The position numbers and the translations under genes are program-made. From contig NIVC01004960.1 in NCBI GenBank assembly GCA_002269645.1, forward strand, positions 1 through 30,057: 30,057 bases of DNA, read 5' to 3'. Below, one piece after another: positions 20,689 to 30,057 of the stretch. Origin of the DNA: Macrostomum lignano (Eukaryota). Position 1 is the stretch's first letter. Each line of letters starts with the position of its first letter. Under the pieces are notes generated by a model. The model had not been told where the DNA came from. It ran no database searches and was given only the letters and a program-made list of their open reading frames with translations.

Positions 20689-22415
20689 TGGGGGGGGGGG
20701 GTTTGCTTTTTTGCTAAAACATAGAACTTAATGGTCCATAATTTTTAATCCATACAATATTACGTACTTCATCAAGCTTGACAAGCTGAAGTTTTTTTAA
20801 TTATCCCACAAAAGTTTGAGCATGCGGACGTCTATGGCACTGGCAGTTATGCTATCCAATGCAGTATTTTTTGAAAACTGCATTGTCGTAGGGCTATTTT
20901 TAGAAGTCTATTGTGTTCCCGACATATCCTACAAGTTGAATACCGAAAAAATGTAGATATCACCGGTTGAAAACCGCACTCAAACACTGTGTACAGGCGA
21001 AATAGACCTTTTTTTGTTGTTGTAGTTGTACAAAGCTTATTTATCTCTATTTTAAAGGGCTAGAACTCCTGTACCCAAAAGCCATTTGGGGCATTTTTGA
21101 AGGGCTATAGCTCGTGTACCCAAAGGCTCATTCACACTGCCACCGAATGAGGAATCAACTCACACTACTAATGTGCAAAAACGAATGAAAGTGGAAGTAC
21201 AAATGGTGTGATCACACGAATTTGGTCTTATTTTTAAAGTTGTTTAATTTAATTTACTTCATATAGAATTTATAGTCATATCACAAGCTTACGGCTTTCT
21301 ATATGCTTTCTATCTGGTTTTAAGTCTTAAATTTTAATAACGCGTTTATACATTTTTAAGACAAAGATACCTAAAACGCCATCAGTTATTTGTACGGCCA
21401 TCCAATTTTTCAGTAAGACAATCGCACAAGCCTTTCACTTTCATGCAGTGGCATGTATTGGATTCGTTGGATTGAAAATTCTTGCGATCGAAGACGGTTA
21501 ACAGTGGTTTAAGGGGATAAGGCAATCCATCAACCAAAAGCTTATTTTTTCTGTTACAAGCGCAGCAGCTTTGGTAAAGTCACTCGAGCATGAAACCGGC
21601 TGCAGCAATTAGTCCTGTTCTGCAGCAGCCCCTTTCCTGCTTTTCAGTCCTGCGCAGCACTCTGCCTGCTTGCCGGCACAGAGCACCGAGGCAGGCAACC
21701 CTTCGACCCATGCTATGCCGATTCGTTAGCTTGGGAAGCCACAGGAGTGGGGATTTGGGCGACCATTTGGGCTAGCTGCCATGCGTTAGGCAATATGGCT
21801 AGAGTTCGTTCTGGAAAAAAGCTCTTGTGTTCATGTATTATGATGAAAAATACAAAGTTCTGGGACTTATTTACACTGAAATGCGATACTTTGCCGTTCG
21901 CTCAAAACAAAGCCACTAAATTGTTTTGCTATCCAACCACAGACATCTTCAACGCAGAATCTTTCAGTGCAAAGTTCAAGCATACAGTCTCAACAGCATG
22001 AAGCACACTTTATAGCCTACTGTATATTTGAATTCAGAAGTAAAAATCAAATGCAAACACAAAAGTAATTACGCAAGCATATGCAACAATGAATCAGCAT
22101 ATTTCCATATTTTCCCCGAAGTGTATAGCCAGTGCAAACTTGATATTGAATTTTAACTGAATCTGTCTGCGAGAAGACTCCAAGTGGCGGGCTTTTAGAT
22201 TTTATACCGCGCAAAATGCATGGTAGCTGAGGTATCTAGGCATAGTTATTGCAAGAACCTGCGGGCTCTGCAGAGAATGCTAGTGTTTGGGGAAGCTGAA
22301 TATAACTATAAGCTATAGTTCATTTGCAGTGCAGGCTACCACGTCCACCTAGTATAAGAGTTGTTATGCCAATAGATAAAATGGTACATCGTACCTTGCA
22401 TTCAGCGGGCATCTC

Positions 22416-25400
22416 TTACACACGCAGGGGATTGATTTGCACGCGCTGCTGCTGAAAATTGTGATTGCGGTCACTGCTGTCACTTCTACTGTCACAGTTT
22501 TCATCAACAGAGCCTCCAGCAACACCGCAGCCATCAGCGACACCGCCTGCACTGTTCAACGGTGAAGCGCGCAGAACTTGCATAGGAAGGGACTCCGCGC
22601 GCTGTTGATGTCGCTGCTGCTCGGGACCCGGTGGCTGCCGAACACACAGCAGCTGCTGCTGCTGCTGCTGTAGCAAGAGCTGCCGGGTGCGGTCTGAGTC
22701 GGAGTCAAAGCGAATCACCCGGGCCGGTGGCTTCTTTCGTCGGCGCATGGTGTAGAGCATGTTGCGCCGAAAGTTGCGACTCCAAACGCAGTAAATGAAA
22801 AAGTTGATAGCGGAATTGAATAGTGTCAGTAGCGAGCCAACCGAGTACAAGTATGAGTTGAACCATGCGCTCTTGTCGAATTTTGTGCCCAGGAGCATGT
22901 GCCAGATGGTGCCAGGTATCTCGGTAAGCACGAACACGGCAATAATGACGACCAGCATTTTGGTCTCCTCAGTGCGCCGCGTGGTCTCCCGAGTAATGGC
23001 GGCGCGGATTCGCGAGGCCACCAGCAAACTTCGAATCAAAAGAATGTTAAGGGCCGTCAGGCATAACATAGGCCCAACTGTAAGCAGGAGAATGTACAGC
23101 AATTTCTTATATATAAACATGTACGCACTACCCAGACTTTTCGGGCGCGCCAAAATCAAGCTGATATTTAAGCACTTTATCGTATCCGATTTATACTCCA
23201 GGAATAGCGGGAAGTTGTAAAACATGGCCGTAATCGTGACGCATATGCAGTAAAGCCTTGACCGCTTCGGATTGCTGCGCTGCGTGGATAAGAACGGATT
23301 CTGCACAACCATATAGCGATCCAGTGCCACCAGCAGGACAATCCAGTTCCGACCTGTTCGTGCAACATTGCCCAGATAATAAACAGCTGGCAGGATTAAC
23401 TGAATGCCGGGACTGGCATGGAGCCATGTCTGCAGAGTTACGCCATGTGAGTCCTGGATGATGGAGCCCAGGCCCATGTACACAACGAAGTAGGGCGCCG
23501 ACAGTAAGATGAAGGTCAAATCGACTGCAATGAAGAAAATCAGTTGGTTTGGGTGTCGGTAGAATGTCTTGCCACTGGATAGTGACAGATTCAGGTGCAG
23601 TGTTTCGTTAACGACCGTTCTTACGCGGGTAAAAGCGTACTTTAATCATTACGCTCGAAATAAAACAGGGGACAATTTGAAGAGGGAAAGTTTGAAGTAA
23701 AACTTTTCCCACATATCCAATAGCATATCCAATAGCATAGCATACTAATAAGTTCGTTGATTGACAGCGCCTGAATCCACTTAAGATTTTTTATTACAGC
23801 TGTTACAGAGAAGAAACAGAAACTTAATTTATCCCGCATGTGTGCTTCAAGTTCAGCTACAGTGGAGGAAGGCTGCAATTTTTTATAAATAAGAACAAAA
23901 TTAGGACAAAAGAGTGTATTCAACAAGCGTATCATTTGCATCCCGGTGCATCAAACTCTGTGCCGGATGATGAGTTCCAGAGGCCCAACCCAGCTAGAAT
24001 TGGTTTTCTGTACTCGTACACGCTGATCAGAACTAATCATGCATTGATCAAAATGGACTTCAATATGGTGCTTAGGCAACAGTAGCCAAGTTACCGGCTG
24101 ACAACTCAGTGGCGACCCTGACCCTTTGGAATCACAGCCTACTGCAAACGTCATGCATTGGTAGATCGAAGAATTAATTAATTTCCGCTGAAATTAACGA
24201 AAAGCGAAATCGAAATGTCACCTGAAATCAGTTGTACAACAGGACTGAAAATGTCAGTACTTTATTGGGTCTCGTATACATACGAGCGTATGCGCCGAAC
24301 AAAAAGAACTCTTGTTTAAACGATTTCGTTATAAATGACTAGATTATTTTTTTATAAGAAAATTTCGACGGGCAAAGTCGAAAGTGTGCCAAGCTTAAAT
24401 ACAGGGAAAAGTCAAACTGTTCTTAATCACTGGTTAATATATACATACTCAGCAGGAGCCTTGAGTTGCTCGTGAGTTACTCGTAGCTGCAAGCGCGTTC
24501 CCTCCCGGGGTCCAAAAATGACTCAAGTTGGAATTTTCTTCTGATAAACAGTCTCTCGGGATGCCAGTCAAGAGAAACGAAAGGATGATTAAGCTGCATC
24601 AGAGCAAAGGAGCAAAAGGGCTCTCGCCGGCGAATCTCCTGGCTAATCAAGCCGAACGCAAGTTGCGATATTAACCGGGGGTTTGTATGCTCAATCAGGC
24701 AAAGCGAAAAGAGAAAAAGCTTCTTGCTCCCTGGCTCACTTTGCTAACTTTTTTCTCCCCCCCCTCCTCCACTGGCCTCACAGTCGGCCACTCACTCTTG
24801 GTACGAGCTGGAAACACTCAGCCAGTGCGCGCTCCAGGGGGCGATCGGGATTTAAAGAAGTACCGATAGCGAGCTCAAAAATCAAGATGAACAACTTTTC
24901 AAAAGACGAGTGCGAGAGTTGAGATCGGGCCGTGAGCAAACGCGTCAATCCGAAGTGAAACGTCTCAGTTTAACTAAGCCTTGGCTCTGGCGATCGAGCT
25001 TCTTTTGCTGTAAACGGGAGATTTTCTTTCACGCTAAATCCTTTCTTGCACTAAAGAATCCTTATACATATTGTTCCTCACGTCACATTTCTTATCTTGC
25101 ACTACAAGAAGTTCACTAAAAGCATTTTGATAAAAGCAACACGACGTCCATTCTCGGGTTGATAAAATATGCATCAAATTAGGATGCATATCTATGCTGG
25201 TAAATCTAGTGAAAAAAAGAAATAGTATCTCGAATAGCATAAAGCTAAATAGAAGGGGATTAGGTGGGGAAGCAGCCACCAGTCAGTTAGAAATGAGCTC
25301 AGAGCTCCTGAAATTCGCGAAAGGCTCTGTTTTCTAGAGAAATGAGGAATTTATGTAAAGGTGGCGATTTTTGGGAGTGGCATATTTCTGGGGTTAATAA

Positions 25401-25826
25401 TCTGAGTTAGTAAAAAATCTGAACGTTCAAGCCACGACGCTAAGTCGAAACCTGAAATACTGTTAGTCTTGGGAAGAAAAAGATTGTGCGGAGGTGCCTT
25501 TCTAGACCCGAAAAGGTAATCCCATCGTTTGCACCCAGTATTTTTTGTACTAACAAAAAGGAAATAAAAAGCTCACAGATTGCAAGAGCCAGGAGTAGAA
25601 TACTCATTGATGATCGGCGCACATCTCGCTTGAGCACGACAATAGACAGTGAATTGAGAAGCAGGCCAAGCAAGCAGATTGCGGAGGATAGACCAACGTC
25701 AGTGACAAGAATGAAGCGGCGCTCGCTGTCAGTGAAGAGACGTAAGCTTTTAGCGCAATCGTCCTCGGTGCCATTGCCAGTAGCGTTGGCTTCTTCAGAT
25801 GAGTCGTTAAAGAATGCACCTTTCAT
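22416..25826 (-). CDS. Class A (rhodopsin) peptide GPCR, FMRFamide/sex-peptide-receptor-like, 2 coding exons
   Basis: Exon 25826-25577 (MKGAFFNDSSEEANATGNGT... with 3 N-glycosylation sequons; TM1 LLGLLLNSLSIVVL; T|GTGAGC) joins exon 23524-22416 (cattgcag|TC). This yields LALAIFD (TM2 LAxxD), LDRY, FPLFLEY, FVLTEIP and NSAINFFIY (TM7), ending QINPLRV*. Confidence 0.95.
22653..22670 (-). repeat. (CAG)6 coding microsatellite, polyQ in GPCR tail
   Basis: ctg x6 on the + strand encodes the QQQQQQ of LLLQQQQQQLL. Confidence 0.9.
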
Positions 25827-28800
25827 GCAGTGATAGAGCTGAAGAGTCAAGGGCCAAAAGTGCCGACAGATTACTTTGCCTTGCCTTGGCGTTTCGATCC
25901 GGTTGATTTAGGATCTCTCAGCTGCTAGTAGGCGGGGCAGGTCCGACTGTATGCGGTATACCATCTAATGCACAGAACTATCGCCTGAGGTCCAATGGGG
26001 CAAGCAAGCTCTTGGTGCATGGCTTTCAGTATTCCCTGTATTTTAGCCTCAGCCAATCAACTATGAGAGAGGCATCTCTGGCCGACTGTTCTGATGCTAA
26101 AATCCCAAAACAAGAAACTGCGAAATGAATTCACAGACCAAGTTTGGTGGGATGGTTTGTGTGATGAATAAGTTAGACAAACTTCCAAGCTTGAATAAGA
26201 CAAAATTCTAGAAGTTTGCCATGCAGTTTCATCAGTTTTGAGAAAGAAGTCGCTAACCTTGTCGCTAAAGCACACGGTCATTGATCTTTTTCACCCCAAT
26301 GCAATGACTCACCCCAACCGATGACCCAGTTCAAATAAAGCATCGTGTTATACGGCTAGCTAGGAAAGTGCACATGCAAAGGTAACTGCAAAAGGAAGCA
26401 GCTAGCGTTGTGTGCTCCTGTGAAACTGGTACTAAAGTCTAACAAGAATGGGCCATAAAAGTCTTCAGTGCCGATGCATCCTACGAGAATCAACCACGTA
26501 GATAGAGGTCGTAAAGAGTTGCCGGCTTTTTACAATCAAAGGTCAAACAGCCAGGGTGGCATTACCACTTTGATTAGTAAGTAGCTGGTGTACACATAGC
26601 CAGAGCAATTACTGTTTGAACAAGCAGGAGTTATAAAGTCACTTTATCTTTAAACAGGAATTCAGGTGCCACGGCGAGGTGAAACGAATCTGCCGTATTA
26701 CCTGTATAAGTACACAATAATAAGTAAACTGAGACCAAGGAATGCCATTTGCCCCTGTGTCAATAGAATATACAAGCATGCCACTAAATCTGATAGTTTC
26801 TGAAATATGCCGACGCTTGCCCTGCGCATCGGTCCTTGGTCTTCAGGACTACAGTAATGGGCATTGGGAGCGGGCATGCCACATAAGTGAAGTCTAGGGA
26901 AAAAGAATTGAAAGCACTGATTCCTTCTTCTTGCTTCTCCGACAGCCCATAATTGGAAGCAGGCGTGCAAAGGGCAGCTGGAAAGGCTGGGAATTCGGGT
27001 TGAACGGGATGGTGCTGGGCATTTTGCGTGTTCCCAGTGCCTCTTCGTTTTTTCGATCTGTTGATCTCTTGTAAAGCAGATTGTGTGGTGACGGACGCGC
27101 AAGAATTTTTCCAGCAGATTTCGTGTGCACCGTAGTGTCTCTGTTTCTCTTCGATCTGCTGGTCTCTCTTGTAAAGCGCAAAGCGTAGCAAGCGCAAGAA
27201 TTTGTCAAACCAAATGAGTGACATTGTGAGTGATAAGCGTGCTTACTTTATCTGTTCATACGAAGTTAAATTCATCCAAGTTCGAAACAGTTTACCCTTG
27301 CCCTTATCCACATGTACTATTCAACGTTCCAAACTTTCATAGCAAAACATAGCATAGCAAAGAAATTCTACTGTTACTATTAAAGCTACAGAATTATTAA
27401 TTAGACTTGCTATTACCCACACTGCAACTCATTCTCAGACGGTCAGAGCCAGAACACAAATTAAAAAGCTTAGTCTAAAGTCTGCTATCCAGAAGCTGAA
27501 CACAGAAGTCCCACCCTCGCACGCCAAATGGAATCAGGGCGTTCATTGAGAGCAAAAGCAGGGCATATATGCGTTGATTACCATTCAAATGAATACAGCG
27601 GCGGACACCTGATAGCTGGTAGCTCAAAAGTTTCTGGACCCATCGGAACCCGAACTCGCCATCAAAACCTGAGCCAACGCAATCCTTAAGCACCCTTGCT
27701 TATTTCGCAAACAGCTGCTCAATTTGATCGTTAATTAAAACCCAACAAGCTGCTGGTCCCCGAGACCATATGGTTAAAGTTGAATAACTTTGATAGAGCC
27801 AGAATTACAAACTGGCCTCAACCAGGGATCGGAGGTCCGGCTTTGGAGCCTGACATGTACTTCAGAGCTTTAATGCATACGGTGTTACTTCAATGAAATC
27901 TGAAGCTTGACTAAATTCAACTCTGGACTGTCTGTGCAAATCCTCTCGGGTGACAATACAACTAGTTTACGGTCAAACTGACATGGATGAGCACGGCTCT
28001 AATGAAGCACAAGAAAACAGCGACCACTTGCTTTAAGAAATTTAAGTGTTTGCTAGACTTTAAGCACACGGCCCAATGAACTTTATAAATAGGGAACAGC
28101 ATCACGTACTTTTACTTAGCTCTACGGACACAGCAGTATTATAGACAATCATGCGTGTGACGAAGTGATGATTCGGTTAATTTTCAACATCGATGAAAAG
28201 ATTTCCAACCATACTTAAGACACAATGGCCCGACTGAAGAAGCCGATGTTTACAATGGCCCGAGGCCAGTAAGCAGGAAGGGCGAGGCCCACGAACAGCA
28301 TCTACTTGCACGAACGACACCGCCAGGACTTGACTCCACAGCCAGTCAGCCTCTGCACAGGGATTGAGTGGAACGGGATGCAGTTACAGGGGTTGCCCAA
28401 TTCAGAGTAGCGCTTCGGCTGGGCCAGCTGCAAGGACTGAGGAGGGTTTCTAGGCTTGAGCACGCAAGCAGCAGTTCTCTGCAGTTTGAAATCATTCTTT
28501 TCCTAAGATTCTGACACCACGGTTATTCTGCATGAATCGTGGGTGACAAATTTATGAAGCCTTTCTGAAACAACGCTTTTGATCAAAAGTAATTTGTTGA
28601 ATTTTTTAGCATTAGCAGAGCAGCCATTTAGCAGCTAATTGAGCTTTTGTGAGCATTTTTTAATTTTCACGTTTTATAGCTTCTAAAAAAACTTTTCAAA
28701 ATTAATCGCAGAAAGAGCAATTATTTTGCAAAGTTTAATTTAGAGTGTTGCATTAGTCTTCACTATTTTTAAATAAGCTAAAATTATTTGATTCTACTCA

Positions 28801-29618
28801 AAATAATAGAACATCACTAAACTCCATAAGGAACAGTTCGAGATGAATTACCATTCATTAGAATAGCAGCGGCGCAGCAGTGGGAATCGCAATATCTGGC
28901 TAAATCTCGGGATTAAAAATTTGGATTAAGCCGAAGGATCTAAAAGCCCGGGATCAAATAATCGGAAAAACCGTTATAAAAATGCAATGAAATTGAACTC
29001 ATTTCACCCCGTCGCCTGTGCTGGATTAGCACTGCAGGTCTGGCTCCTTTGCTGGCTTCATTTGAAACAGTGCCTTGGAGGTGAAAGGGGTTCTTGAAGC
29101 CCTCAACAGGATGCAGGGCCGCCCTTGTCGAGCCACCATGGGCGCGGCACCCTGTACATTCTAGCACTCCTTCCTGGAAGTCTTCCTTTAACCTCTTTGT
29201 TCGAACGGAAGCGTTAAAGGCCACCCGCCGTCTCCCAGACGTGAGCGTCCCCACCCAAAAGCAAGTTCGGTTTTAGAAATCAAACCTACGGCGATCTCAC
29301 CTGCGTGACCTGGAAGCAGCGGGAGGCCCTCTCGGGTGGAATCCCGTCCACGCTGCGTTCAACTCAAACTCAAAACCAGCATTACTAAGTCACGAAGCAA
29401 AGGACAGCTGGCAAACACTGCTTCACTGACGGGTCCCAACTCCATCGCTGGCTACAAATATTTGGCACACCGGCAGTAGATCTACCGTATTCAAAAAAGA
29501 AGTTTCAGCTATCAGACAATAAAACAGCTAAAACCGGCTCGGGTCCTTATTTGGAAGCCTGCCCGTGGCTCCTACCGTCGTCGCCGCTCGGATCAACCAG
29601 TGAAGAGGTAGGTGAGAG

Positions 29619-30057
29619 GTGAGCAAATACCCAACTGCCGACAGTCTCACTAAGCCATCCCGTTCCTCCCCGCCATCCGCGGAGCTCAAAGAATCTCTGC
29701 CAGCTCGTCCGCTGTTGGGCGAGCGAACATTCACTATTCCTGGACTTTGCTGCGGACACCAGCACAACCAAGTCTCCCTGAGTGATACAGCAGCAGTAGC
29801 TGTCCGTGGGCGGCGACGCCTCCCACTGCATCCGGACAGATCGAAGCCCGGCAAGCGGCAGGTAAGCAGTGGTGTGATTGGAAAGTTTGCCAAATTTCGC
29901 GCCGACTGAAAATTTTCGCGCCATGCCAATAATATTCTACTGACAGCCAAATAAGTCAATTGATGACACTTTTGAAGATGCGTCTGGCTACCAATTAGCA
30001 TGTCTCTCAAGTCCCAGCCGTGTCCCGCCTGAACTTCTTGTTGGCGATGTCTGCAGG
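29619..30057 (+). CDS. Possible internal exons of an unidentified gene running off the window
   Basis: Open frame 29619-29861 ends at CAG|GTAAGC. Acceptor ctgacag|CCA at 29946/29947 opens the only stop-free frame to the window end (PNKSIDDTFEDASGYQLACLSSPSRVPPELLVGDVCR), phase 0/0, 85-nt intron. No recognisable domain. Confidence 0.35.

Noticed and set aside
20857-20885. 9-bp hairpin CAATGCAGT…ACTGCATTG as a terminator
   Set aside because: Intrinsic terminators do not apply in this eukaryotic context. It is likely part of a decayed MITE in the intergenic region.
22795-23461. + strand ORFs overlapping the GPCR, and those over the P450 (17967-18397) and UBL exons (20023-20393)
   Set aside because: Antisense shadows of GC3-rich coding exons.
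28940-29276. ORFs 28940-29254 (-) and 29094-29276 (+), plus GC-rich patch 28260-28480
   Set aside because: No recognisable domain, no consistent splice signals, and stops in neighbouring frames. Left unassigned.

Overview
Eukaryotic (metazoan) genomic DNA with GT-AG spliced genes, GC3-rich exons and AT-rich, repeat-laden introns. The gene and repeat style suggests a free-living flatworm such as Macrostomum; this is inference only. All gene models were built by hand from splice sites and phase checks. Left to right: (1) a decayed, intron-containing MULE/ZSWIM3-type transposase (-) with a nested ~1.1 kb inverted-repeat element; (2) the 3' exons of a REEP5/6 (DP1/Yop1) gene (+) with a 40-bp satellite in an intron; (3) an RTE-like LINE scrap; (4) a Rab26/37-like GTPase (+) whose catalytic switch-II Gln is Thr (DTAGTE), with a 23-bp higher-order satellite in its last intron; (5) a 50-bp hairpin-unit array; (6) an intact 4-exon cytochrome P450-fold gene (-, CYP7/8/39-like) whose heme motif reads PFGCLWPRRR, with Trp at the apparent axial-Cys position; (7) directly upstream and on the same strand, a gene with a SUMO/ubiquitin-like domain whose last open frame can splice in-frame into the start-less P450; (8) a 2-exon peptide-type rhodopsin GPCR (-); (9) a possible + strand gene at the right edge. 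The best novel candidate is a SUMO-like-domain / non-canonical P450 fusion, possibly a pseudo-enzyme. No CRISPR, rRNA or tRNA was seen.
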